Source: Thainema sp. (lineage in GTDB: Bacteria; Cyanobacteriota; Cyanobacteriia; Phormidesmidales; Phormidesmidaceae). From it: a stretch of DNA of 64,000 nt. Below are positions 11,123-19,965 of the stretch, piece by piece. Numbering within the stretch: the stretch's first letter is position 1; each line of letters opens with the position of its first letter. Made by a program: the position numbers and the translations under genes. The notes below the pieces were generated by a model. The model saw only the letters and a list, made by a program, of their open reading frames with translations, did no database searches and was not told the DNA's origin. The stretch spans positions 128,001-192,000 of the forward strand of contig JBQLZK010000002.1 of NCBI GenBank assembly GCA_052168235.1, read 5' to 3'.

Positions 11123-11244
11123 GAAATGACGCGGATTGAAACAGATCAGGGAATATTGGATTATAAGGCCAGCAAAGGAAAACAACTCTACCCGATAAGC
11201 TTTTCCTTCTGACCCCGCAGCGCTACAAGCGGAGATAGAGTCCT

Positions 11245-12873
11245 ATGTTTAATCCTTTAGATGCTCTGGGAGCTCTCGGTTTAAAAAACGTTGGTCAAGT
11301 TTACTACAACCTCTCGGTGCCACAACTAGTGGAACATGCGATCGCACATAAAGAAGCCAAACTGGCTGCCAATGGTGCCTTGTGTGTCAAAACCGGACAT
11401 TACACCGGGCGATCACCCCGCGATCGCTTTATTGTGGATGAACCCAGCATTCACGACCAAGTTGATTGGAATGCGGTAAACGTGCCCATTTCCAAAGCAG
11501 CTTTTAATCAGCTCTATCAGCAGATTCGCGCCTATGTTCAAGGGCGCGATTTGTATATGTTTGATGGTTTTGCCGGAGCTGATCCAGAATATCGGGTGGG
11601 AGTGCGGGTGATCAATGAGCTGGCGAGCCAAAATCTGTTTGTACATCAGATGTTCCTGCGCCCGACGCCCGAAGAGCTGAAGCTGCACCAGCCCGAAATT
11701 ACCGTGATTGCGATGCCTGGATTGCATGGTGATCCAGAGCTGACACCGGGAATCCGCAGCGAAGCGTTCATTGTGATGGACATCGAGCAGCGACTGGTGA
11801 TTATCGGTGGCTCCAAATACGCGGGAGAAATCAAGAAGTCCGTCTTTTCAATGATGAACTTCTTCTTGACCGAGCGGGGCGTCTTGCCGATGCACAGTTC
11901 CGCCAATGTGGATGACGAGGGCCATACGGCGCTATTTTTTGGTCTGTCGGGTACTGGGAAAACTACGCTTTCGGCTGACCCCAATCGGCGGCTGATTGGC
12001 GATGACGAACATGGTTGGTCGCCTAACGGCATCTTCAACTTTGAAGGGGGCTGCTACGCCAAAACGATTCGGCTCTCACCGGAAACCGAGCCGCAAATTT
12101 GGGATGCGATTCGGTTTGGGGCACTGATGGAAAATGTGGTGCTTGACCCACACACGCGCCAGCCGGATTACAACGACGGCAGCCTGACGGAAAATACCCG
12201 CGCAGCCTATCCGCTACACTACATTCCCAATGCGGTGATTCCCAGCGTCGGTCGCCATCCGAAGGTGATTATTTTCCTGACCGCAGATGCCTTTGGCGTG
12301 TTGCCACCGATTGCCAAACTGACCAAGCGGCAAGCCATGTATCATTTCATTTCCGGCTACACCAGCAAGCTGGCCGGAACGGAGCGGGGCATCACCGAGC
12401 CGCAAGCCGTCTTTTCGGCCTGCTTCGGCAAGCCGTTCATGCCGAGATCCCCGGCTGTCTATGCGCGGATGCTGGGCGATCGCATTTCAGAGCATAATGC
12501 CACGGTGTATTTAATTAATACGGGCTGGTCAGGTGGCGCTTACGGTGTGGGTCATCGGATTCCCCTGGCCTATACGCGGGCAATGGTGACAGCGGCGCTG
12601 ACGGGCGCACTGGATCACGTTCCCTGCCATCCTCATCCGATCTTTAGGGTGCTGATTCCAGAGCAGGTGCCAGGAGTGCCGACGCGATTGCTGAATCCGC
12701 ATCAAACTTGGGTAAGCGCCACCGCCTATGAGCAGCAAGCCCATGCGCTAGCGGAACAGTTTATCGACAACTTCAAGCAGTTTGAGGCAGACGCACCGGA
12801 GCTGATCGCCGCCCAGCCCGATCCAACGGGTCTATCGATGCTGGAACCTGCGATCGCAGTTCCCTTAACGTAA
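11245..12873 (+). CDS. pckA: Phosphoenolpyruvate carboxykinase (ATP)
   Basis: TGRSPRD, YAGEIKKS, FFGLSGTGKTTLSADP, LIGDDEHGW, NFEGGCYAK, ENTRAAYP. Confidence 0.97.
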   Translation: MFNPLDALGALGLKNVGQVYYNLSVPQLVEHAIAHKEAKLAANGALCVKTGHYTGRSPRDRFIVDEPSIHDQVDWNAVNVPISKAAFNQLYQQIRAYVQGRDLYMFDGFAGADPEYRVGVRVINELASQNLFVHQMFLRPTPEELKLHQPEITVIAMPGLHGDPELTPGIRSEAFIVMDIEQRLVIIGGSKYAGEIKKSVFSMMNFFLTERGVLPMHSSANVDDEGHTALFFGLSGTGKTTLSADPNRRLIGDDEHGWSPNGIFNFEGGCYAKTIRLSPETEPQIWDAIRFGALMENVVLDPHTRQPDYNDGSLTENTRAAYPLHYIPNAVIPSVGRHPKVIIFLTADAFGVLPPIAKLTKRQAMYHFISGYTSKLAGTERGITEPQAVFSACFGKPFMPRSPAVYARMLGDRISEHNATVYLINTGWSGGAYGVGHRIPLAYTRAMVTAALTGALDHVPCHPHPIFRVLIPEQVPGVPTRLLNPHQTWVSATAYEQQAHALAEQFIDNFKQFEADAPELIAAQPDPTGLSMLEPAIAVPLT

Positions 12874-12982
12874 GCACAATTGCTTATCGTTTTGTTGCGA
12901 TCGCGAACCCTATAGTCTAGTGGAGGTTCTAGCATAAAGATAGAAAGACTTAGCTCTACTCTCTACGAAGGAGGGCTGCATT

Positions 12983-13519
12983 ATGTCTATCAAATTCTTC
13001 CAAGTCGCGTTTGTGGCTTTGGCTGGTGCAAGTCTCGCTACACTTGCGTTTGCCATGACACCGCTGCGGGCCGAACCGCAGTGGGGCGGGATGCCAATGG
13101 GCAGACCGATGCACTCAGCCCAATCGCAAGGACATCACCGTGGCGGTGGCCCCGGATGGGGTGGTGGGCCTTGCTGTGATGACGCGGTGTTTGACTCAGC
13201 CGAACTGGAAACCTTGGAGGGCACAGCCCTTGAGGTTAACCAGTACAACGGTCATCAAGGCGTTTTTGTGCGGATGCAAACGGGACAAGGCCCGGTTGAG
13301 GTTCACTTGGGGCCAGCGTGGTATCTGGAGGATCAGGGGATTGAAGTCACGCCTGGCAGTGCGCTAACAGTAACGGGTTTCCGCAACCAGTTCAATAATC
13401 AGCCGATGGTGATGGCTACCGAACTCCAATCCGGCGATCAGGTTGTGCAACTGCGCGATGCCGATGGCTTCCCGGTCTGGATGGGACGGGGCTTTCGGCA
13501 TCACCCAAGGAGTTGGTAA
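12983..13519 (+). CDS. Secreted protein with OB-fold-like domain
   Basis: Signal peptide, Gly/Met/His-rich linker, 'VEVHLGPAWYL...VTG...LRDADGFPVW'; AAGGAGG RBS. Confidence 0.65.
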   Translation: MSIKFFQVAFVALAGASLATLAFAMTPLRAEPQWGGMPMGRPMHSAQSQGHHRGGGPGWGGGPCCDDAVFDSAELETLEGTALEVNQYNGHQGVFVRMQTGQGPVEVHLGPAWYLEDQGIEVTPGSALTVTGFRNQFNNQPMVMATELQSGDQVVQLRDADGFPVWMGRGFRHHPRSW

Positions 13520-13631
13520 TCCTAACCCTGTAAACCGAGCTTCTGTGGTGGGCGCGAATACCCGAAACCAGAAACCCAGTTGCTGGCTCAGACGATCGCA
13601 CTAGAATAGGGTCAGATTCGCTCAAGACTTC

Positions 13632-14381
13632 ATGCTTCAGGTTCAGTTTCGCTTTTATGGCAGCCTCAATGACTTTCTCACGCCAGAGCGGCGGCAAGTG
13701 GAATTTGCCCACAGTCTGAACGAGCCGGGAGCCGTCAAAGACACCATTGAAGCTTTAGGTGTACCTCATCCGGAAGTGAATCTGATTTTAGTCAATCAGG
13801 TATCGGTTGGCTTTGGCTATAGTTTGCAGAACTGCGATCGCATTAGTGTTTATCCAGCGTTTCGGTCGTTAAACGTGTTGGAACTATCCCAGGTACAGCC
13901 ACCGCCACTGTATCCACTGCGGTTTGTGCTGGATGTGCATTTGGGCAAACTGGCGACCTATTTGCGACTGCTGGGGTTTGATACGCTCTATTGGAACGAT
14001 ATAGATGACAGCGAACTGGCGCAGATTTCTCAGCAGCATTCGCGCCTGTTACTCACGCAAGATCGCGGTTTACTGAAGCGCAGCATCGTTACCTATGGCT
14101 ATGCCGTGCGAGCCGAGCAGCCGGAGGCTCAGCTGATCGAAGTAATTGAGCGGTTTCAACTACAGTCTGCGGTGGCTCCCCTACAGCGGTGTCCGCGCTG
14201 CAACGGCGAGTTGAAGCCCGTCCCCAAAGCGGAGATTTACGACCAGTTGCCTGAGCGGACGCGGCAGCACTACGATGAGTTTGCCCAATGCCAGAACTGC
14301 CAGCAGGTGTACTGGAAAGGGAGTCACTACGCGCGCATTCAAGCGCTAATTGAGCGGGTGATAGGTAACAACGTCTGGTAG
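13632..14381 (+). CDS. Ubiquitin-like domain plus Mut7-C (PIN-fold) RNase with Zn ribbon
   Basis: 'VKDTIEALGVPHPEV', 'RFVLDVHLGKLATYLRLLGFDT', 'LLTQDRGL', CPRCN and CQNC...YWKGSH. Confidence 0.88.
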   Translation: MLQVQFRFYGSLNDFLTPERRQVEFAHSLNEPGAVKDTIEALGVPHPEVNLILVNQVSVGFGYSLQNCDRISVYPAFRSLNVLELSQVQPPPLYPLRFVLDVHLGKLATYLRLLGFDTLYWNDIDDSELAQISQQHSRLLLTQDRGLLKRSIVTYGYAVRAEQPEAQLIEVIERFQLQSAVAPLQRCPRCNGELKPVPKAEIYDQLPERTRQHYDEFAQCQNCQQVYWKGSHYARIQALIERVIGNNVW

Positions 14382-14392
14382 GGATTAGTCAT

Positions 14393-14478
14393 GTAGGTTG
14401 GGTTGAGCTTGCGAAACCCAACAATTGCAGTGAACAGACACGAGGGATCGTTGGGTTTCGTTCCTCAACCCAACCTAC
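14393..14478. repeat. REP-like dyad (GTAG-terminated inverted pair)
   Basis: gtaggttgggttgag...gaaacccaac-spacer-gttgggtttcg...ctcaacccaacctac; homologous arms at 30771-30800 and 31134-31164. Confidence 0.8.
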
Positions 14479-14497
14479 GAACTACAGCCCTTTACTG

Positions 14498-14524
14498 GTA
14501 AGGGCGAATGGCCATTCGCCCCTA
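14498..14524. repeat. Short REP-like palindrome
   Basis: gtaagggcgaatggccattcgccccta. Confidence 0.55.
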
Positions 14525-14531
14525 TATAATC

Positions 14532-15914
14532 TCATCTAATCTGGAGGCTGGGTTCTGCTGCATGAGACGGATCGCGCTTCATTAGCAACAGGTAGGTGGT
14601 CATTTCGCCTTTTCCCTTCACCGCGATCGCACCTCGTTTTTCCAGAAAGTACTTGTCTTTCAAACATTCGTAGGTTGCTTCGGTGACTTGAATGCGGTTG
14701 GCGATGCCGTGGGATTCCATGCGGCTGGCCAGATTGACCGTATCGCCCCACAGGTCGTAAATAAATTTCTTGATGCCGATCACGCCAGCTACGACTGGCC
14801 CGGTGGCGATGCCGATGCGGATGTGGAAATCCTGCCCGGTGCGCTGGTTGAACTCGTGCAGGGTGCGCTGCATGTCGAGTGCCATATCTGCGATCGCATC
14901 AGCATAGTCGTCGCGGGGAATGGGCAGTCCCGCCACCACCATGTAGGAGTCGCCAATGGTTTTAATTTTCTCCAGTCCGTGCAGGTCGGCTAGGCGGTCG
15001 AATTCCGAAAAGATTTGGTTGAGTAACTCCACCAGCTCAGGCGGCTCGATCCGCGAAGAGAGTTCGGTGAAGCCGACGATGTCGCCAAACAAAACGGCCA
15101 CGTCGCTAAAGCTGTCGGCGATGGTGCTGTTTTGTTGCTTCAGCCGTTCGGCAATCGGTCCGGGCAAAATGTTGAGCAGCAGGCGTTCGGAGCGTTCCTG
15201 CTCGACAGATAGCTGCTCGTAGGCGCTTTCGAGGGCGCGGCGCGAGTTAAAGTCTGAGCGCTGCAAGCGATCGTAGAGATATACCGATAAGTCGCAGGTG
15301 CCGCACAGCCAGAAGAAATAGAGAAACGTGACGGGTGCAGTCATCCATTCGGTCGGCATGATGACATCGAGCTTAAAAACAACGGTCAATACTGCACACA
15401 GCCCAAACAGTCCCAGTTGCGATGCCATGTGTAGTCGCCAGCGGACGGGGATGAGCGTGGCCTGACCGAGAAACATCAGCGGCCAGATCAGCAGAGACGG
15501 TTCCATGTTGCCTTCGACGATGCCAGCAGCTTGGGCATTGAGGTTAATCGACCAGGAGGTCAGCAGGAAAATCACTTCTGGATAGCGATAGCCAAATGGC
15601 GATCGCAGTAAGACATACCAGATGAGCAGGCACAATTCGCCGACGAGTTGGGTAATAAACCAACTGCCTAGAAATTCCTCTGGTTGAAACAGCCACTCGT
15701 AGAGTTCCAGCCCCATGAACGTGAGGAAGGAAAGAAAGGCGAGGACAAGTCCCAGGCGCAATCGCTTGTGCATGAAGTGCTGCCGCCACTCATCGTAGTT
15801 GGCTGCTCGACCAGCGGGGAGACTGCCAAACAGGAGATACTGCACCCGAGCGAAGAGTCTGGCGATTGGCGATCGCTGGGCTGGGGGAGGCTGGGTTGAG
15901 GGTTGTTGGCGCAC
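14532..15914 (-). CDS. Membrane-bound class III adenylate/guanylate cyclase
   Basis: Multiple N-terminal TM helices; 'LLLNILP', 'VLFGDIVGFT', 'EKIKTIGDSYM', 'YDLWGDTVNLASRMES'. Confidence 0.93.
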   Translation of the reverse strand: MRQQPSTQPPPAQRSPIARLFARVQYLLFGSLPAGRAANYDEWRQHFMHKRLRLGLVLAFLSFLTFMGLELYEWLFQPEEFLGSWFITQLVGELCLLIWYVLLRSPFGYRYPEVIFLLTSWSINLNAQAAGIVEGNMEPSLLIWPLMFLGQATLIPVRWRLHMASQLGLFGLCAVLTVVFKLDVIMPTEWMTAPVTFLYFFWLCGTCDLSVYLYDRLQRSDFNSRRALESAYEQLSVEQERSERLLLNILPGPIAERLKQQNSTIADSFSDVAVLFGDIVGFTELSSRIEPPELVELLNQIFSEFDRLADLHGLEKIKTIGDSYMVVAGLPIPRDDYADAIADMALDMQRTLHEFNQRTGQDFHIRIGIATGPVVAGVIGIKKFIYDLWGDTVNLASRMESHGIANRIQVTEATYECLKDKYFLEKRGAIAVKGKGEMTTYLLLMKRDPSHAAEPSLQIR

Positions 15915-16079
15915 GGCGTTAAAGAGTCTGGGAACTTTTAACTTAGTTGTACCCTTTCGGGATTGAGTTGTACCCCGAATTTGGTCGAAAAAGTAGTTCG
16001 CTGGCCTGTAGTCATACCATACGCACTTTGAGATCTGAGATCAGTTTGCGATCGCTGTTTGATAGCTACACCCAAACAG

Positions 16080-16835
16080 ATGATTGACCCTGATCAACCA
16101 ACACTCGATCCAACGTGCATTACCCAAACTGTTCTTACGCAACACCTTTGCAACACGTTACTGCAACACATTACTATGGCTAGCATTAGACGCTTCATCC
16201 AAGCCGTTCATCGCTATTACACAACTGGCGAGGTCGGCGATGTGGCTTTTCTCAAAATCAATCTGTTCAAAGCAGGAGTGAATCCGGCGATTCAAGACCA
16301 GCTTCAGAAGTTGGCCGGATACTATCCCAAAATCGACCTGGATCAGCTCAGCCAGCTACCGCCGGGAACGCTTGGCTACGAATACGCTCAGCATATGCGG
16401 AAAAATGGCATTCAGCCGTTGAACATTAGCCCCGACCTGCATGAAGCAGCCAACCGCAACCCGTTTGCGCTGCGCTATGTGGTGACGCACGATATGTTTC
16501 ACGTTCTGCTGGGATTTGACACGAGCTATGCCGGAGAAATTGGGGTCTATTCGTTTGTGGTGGCGCAGAACTACAGCAAATTGTTGAACCTGTTTCATCC
16601 CGTGGCCCAGGTACTTTATCCGGTAATTGAACCCCGGCGCATCAAGGAAACGCGCTCGTTTTTCCGGCTGGGAAAGGCGTTAGGTGAGCAGGCGCAGTGT
16701 CTATTAACCTATCGGTTTGAAGATAATTGGGAACGACCGATTGCGGATGTGCGATCTCAACTGGGTTTGGTCTTGACGACTCAACAGCCACCATCTGATG
16801 ACGCTTATCCAGCGACTCCAGCCGTCATCCACTGA
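16080..16835 (+). CDS. Coq4-family protein
   Basis: 'LPPGTLGYEY' and HDxxH-x11-E metal motif 'HDMFHVLLGFDTSYAGE'. Confidence 0.8.
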   Translation: MIDPDQPTLDPTCITQTVLTQHLCNTLLQHITMASIRRFIQAVHRYYTTGEVGDVAFLKINLFKAGVNPAIQDQLQKLAGYYPKIDLDQLSQLPPGTLGYEYAQHMRKNGIQPLNISPDLHEAANRNPFALRYVVTHDMFHVLLGFDTSYAGEIGVYSFVVAQNYSKLLNLFHPVAQVLYPVIEPRRIKETRSFFRLGKALGEQAQCLLTYRFEDNWERPIADVRSQLGLVLTTQQPPSDDAYPATPAVIH

Positions 16836-16892
16836 TGATTGCAGAAACGGCTGAAGCTTAAGTCTGCTCAAAATTCCTGCTCCCGCTCTGGG

Positions 16893-17056
16893 CTGCTACT
16901 TATACACATCTGAATGGTTCGTCTAAATCCTGGACTGATCCCCCTAAATCCCCCTTAAAAAGGGGGAACTTTGAGCCAATTCCCCCCTTTTTAAGGGGGG
17001 CTAGGGGGGATCTCAACGTCGAAACGAAGTCTAGAAGACTTATGTATAAACAGTAG
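16893..17056. mobile_element. MITE family A, copy 1 (164 bp)
   Basis: Imperfect TIRs ctgctacttatacaca / tatgtataaacagtag; internal atccccctaaatccccctt...aagggggctagggggat palindrome; second copy at 30826-31118. Confidence 0.8.
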
Positions 17057-17132
17057 CCCGCAGGAGAAGGGGAGCCGGAAAGTTAATTTTTCAAAGTCCC
17101 TCTCCTGTGGGAGAGGGATTTAGGGTGAGGGC
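17057..17132. repeat. Short dispersed palindromic repeat (host of MITE A copy 1)
   Basis: tccctctcctgtgggagagggatttagggtgagggc; related half-element at 42022-42063. Confidence 0.6.
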
Positions 17133-17134
17133 AA

Positions 17135-17416
17135 TTAGTTCAAGTACTGCGTCAGAATGCTCATTTGATCATCGGGTTGCCTGGGTAAGAGTCGCGCTAC
17201 GTCTCCGGCACCGGGACAGGGAATCGGCTGGCTCCAGTCGTTGGCTTCGGCAAAGCCGCGTCGATGCAGGTTTTTGATCGTGATGATGATGTCGGAACGG
17301 GTGCCGAGCAGAATAATTCGCAGGGGATGGCGACCGTCGGGCTGGAAGCTGCTGGGGTTGGGCGCACTGGACTGTAGCGCTGCATCGGAGGCAGCACCGA
17401 GAATGAAATATGTCAT
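17135..17416 (-). CDS. Small cyanobacterial protein of unknown function (93 aa)
   Basis: AGGAG RBS 7 nt before ATG; 'LRIILLG...TIKNLHRRGFAEANDWSQPIP...MSILT' pattern that I recognise as a multicopy cyanobacterial hypothetical family. Confidence 0.75.
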   Translation of the reverse strand: MTYFILGAASDAALQSSAPNPSSFQPDGRHPLRIILLGTRSDIIITIKNLHRRGFAEANDWSQPIPCPGAGDVARLLPRQPDDQMSILTQYLN

Positions 17417-17520
17417 TGTGGTTCTCCTGTTTTTGACTTTTTGAGGAAAGCCAAAAACCTAGCCACCCCGCAAACGTGCAGCGCAATGCAGGGTGGCTTT
17501 GGAGAAGGTTATAATCCTCC

Positions 17521-17605
17521 ACAGCCTCCGCGTTGCCGAGTACAACCGGGGGTTAGCTATCCAGGGTTGGTCGCAACAACTCTGGGTAGCGTTGACTAGA
17601 TTTTT
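17521..17605 (+). ncRNA. Candidate antisense RNA overlapping the leader of the 17135-17416 gene
   Basis: TATAAT at 17510-17515 just upstream; two hairpins (17523-17554, 17556-17590) whose mismatches are G-U pairs only on the + strand; T-run follows. Confidence 0.5.
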
Positions 17606-17652
17606 GGTAGCAGTCGCCGCACGTGTTTAGGGCTACGACAACTTAACGTTTC

Positions 17653-17681
17653 ACAGTACGGTATCTGGCCTGTGGAGTCAA
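17653..17681 (-). promoter_or_regulatory. Sigma70-type promoter for the 17135-17416 gene
   Basis: TTGACT-N17-TACTGT on the minus strand. Confidence 0.6.
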
Positions 17682-17793
17682 TACAGGTTCACTGACAGAA
17701 TATAGAAATAGATGGGATTGTTGGGTTGAAGAATGAAGCTCATTTTAGAAGATTTGCGATTTATTTAGCATTCTAAAGCAAGAGTTTTAGGTT

Positions 17794-19509
17794 TCAATTC
17801 GCCGAAAGCTCTATATTGTCTAAAGCTACTTTATAAATCCTTTTTGCCCTCAAGGCATTCAAATCATTTTCTTTAGAAAGGTTGATAATGGCTTCGCGCA
17901 AAAAGCCAGAGAACTCTTCTCCTGCTTTAAGACCATGATTGATTATGAGATCCTTGTCAGGACCCTCTTCCATAAGCCACTGTTTCCATTGATCTAAAGT
18001 GCGAGTATTTAGATAATTTAAATCGTTTTCAGACCAGCTCTCATTTCTGATCATGCTGACTAGAATTTCATTAATACTCATATTCTGCTCAAAAGTAGCT
18101 ATCTTTTCTTCAAGATCAGGTACTAGACCAGCTAATTCGAAAATACCATTTTTTTCAACAATCAATCTTAAACTATATAAATCTTCTAGCTTGGAATAGC
18201 TTTCAATCCTATATCTTGCCCATTTCTCTGCATAGGAACTAATATCTAGATCGATTGTATCTGAAATATCTTTTAGATCTGTTATTTCTCGGAAATCGAG
18301 TAGAGAATAATAACTATCTAAGAATGCCTTTATATTGTCCTGGAGTTCTTTCTCGGCAGGTTTAAATGATTCTAGAAATGGTTTACAAGCCTCATGAAAT
18401 TTTTCTTGCATTTCATATCTATTTTCTCTATCATTTAACCTGACACCTTCCTCATGAAACTTTTTATAATCGCAAAACGATGTTTCAACTAAACGAATAA
18501 TTTCATTGCTAATGTGTGAGTCTGTGTATCCAAGAGAACAAGCCAACATGTAGAAATCTCTCTTCTTGTTATTATTTTCAGATAGAATTTCTGAGAAGTC
18601 TCCCAATGAAACCAAATAATCCAAGTTTATGACGAAATTGCTGTCCAACTTGGATAATGTTATGAAAATAATCTCATTAATTATTTTTTCTCTAACTCTG
18701 GGTAAGAAATCGGCAATGTGTGGCCTCAATTTTTCAAGATTCCATCTTAGCTTCTTAAAAATTCTAATATTCTTAACTTGAACAGTTTCTTGACTGAGGT
18801 AATTAAAAACGATCTCTTTATCCGGATCATTTTCGCCAAAGCCAATATTGAAGTTCTCTACCAGATTGGGATCTAGTTTAATCTCATAGTCAATCACTTT
18901 TTCTCTATAGTCTTTCAGAATGCTGGTAGATTCTGAATCCAAGGCGATTTTGCTTTCGTTGTAAATAAGAATAACCTTACATTCTTTTTCCTCTGATAGA
19001 TTTTCAATAAATCCTAATAGTTCCTCTAAAGGTAATTTTCTAGATCTTCTTTCAAGATCATCAATACAGATCAATTTCCTTTTAAGAAAATTACTAAGAA
19101 ACACATTGCTTGCCAATGAAATAGCTGCTGGCGCAAGTCCAACTCCGTGATCTCCAATTGGAAGTTCTTTAATCAGGCTTCCTATATCTTGCGAGTTATC
19201 TCTGATAGGTTTGAACCATTTCCGAAAGCGTAACTTATTGCTTTCACTGTCATTTGATTGTCCGACCGATCTGTAGTTGCTCCATAGTTGGATACGCAGT
19301 TCCTCAATAGTTGAGACTCCAAAAACAGAGGCGTAGTAGTACTGTTGATTATTGCTTGATAAGATACTTGTTATCAAATGTGTTTTGCCAATTCCCCAAT
19401 CTCCTTTGATGGCAAATACTTTAGCCTCGTTACCTTGCTCCAGAAATGCTTTAATAGCTTCTTCTGATTCTTTACGTTCTAGCCCAAAAGTATATTCGTT
19501 ATTTTTCAT
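17794..19509 (-). CDS. KAP-family P-loop NTPase (putative anti-phage protein)
   Basis: Walker A 'IKGDWGIGKT', Walker B 'LICIDDLER', 'YREKVIDYE', 'NIRIFKK'; visibly AT-rich and I saw no HIP1 site in it. Confidence 0.85.
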   Translation of the reverse strand: MKNNEYTFGLERKESEEAIKAFLEQGNEAKVFAIKGDWGIGKTHLITSILSSNNQQYYYASVFGVSTIEELRIQLWSNYRSVGQSNDSESNKLRFRKWFKPIRDNSQDIGSLIKELPIGDHGVGLAPAAISLASNVFLSNFLKRKLICIDDLERRSRKLPLEELLGFIENLSEEKECKVILIYNESKIALDSESTSILKDYREKVIDYEIKLDPNLVENFNIGFGENDPDKEIVFNYLSQETVQVKNIRIFKKLRWNLEKLRPHIADFLPRVREKIINEIIFITLSKLDSNFVINLDYLVSLGDFSEILSENNNKKRDFYMLACSLGYTDSHISNEIIRLVETSFCDYKKFHEEGVRLNDRENRYEMQEKFHEACKPFLESFKPAEKELQDNIKAFLDSYYSLLDFREITDLKDISDTIDLDISSYAEKWARYRIESYSKLEDLYSLRLIVEKNGIFELAGLVPDLEEKIATFEQNMSINEILVSMIRNESWSENDLNYLNTRTLDQWKQWLMEEGPDKDLIINHGLKAGEEFSGFLREAIINLSKENDLNALRAKRIYKVALDNIELSAN

Positions 19510-19556
19510 AAATGTTTAAGCTTTAGCCCAACTTGCTCATCCCATCACTTATTATC

Positions 19557-19588
19557 GGTGCGTTTCGCTTCGCTCTACACACCCTACA
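19557..19588. repeat. REP-like half element (copy 1 of 2)
   Basis: ggtgcgtttcgcttcgctctacacaccctaca; near-identical to 20902-20933. Confidence 0.7.
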
Positions 19589-19596
19589 AATTCTGG

Positions 19597-19965
19597 TTAC
19601 AACACCTCGATTCTGACTACTCCACCCTCAACAGCATCTATCTGTAACCTGTATCCATAAAGCATTCCCATCCCAATTAAAGGCTCCGTTTCCGACTCGG
19701 CAACATCAACATCTCGATATTGCCCATCCCAAATAATTGTTGCCGCGTACAAATCAAATAGCGCCTCACTACCATCACCCAAAGTGACAATATCTGAGGC
19801 ATTCCAAGGCAAATTCAATGCTGTAATCATTGCCGATGGCAACGTGAGAAAACCATTGAACCCCGTATCAATCACCGCATTAATAAGCTGCCGTTGTCCA
19901 CTCGCATTACCAACCACCAGCGGCAAAATCGCTTCACAGCGTTGATTAACCGTACCTTGAATCAT
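19597..19965 (-). CDS. Clan AA (retropepsin-like) aspartic protease
   Basis: 'NAVIDTGFNGFLTLP' and 'PLIGMGML'; ATG 19965 overlaps the upstream stop (ATGA). Confidence 0.88.
   Translation of the reverse strand: MIQGTVNQRCEAILPLVVGNASGQRQLINAVIDTGFNGFLTLPSAMITALNLPWNASDIVTLGDGSEALFDLYAATIIWDGQYRDVDVAESETEPLIGMGMLYGYRLQIDAVEGGVVRIEVL

Noticed and set aside
17641..17726. Complete attC site between ACCCAAC and GTTAAGT
   Set aside because: The ends and 86-nt length fit, but the L boxes do not pair and the interior is better explained as the small-gene promoter. Only the inverse core is used as evidence.
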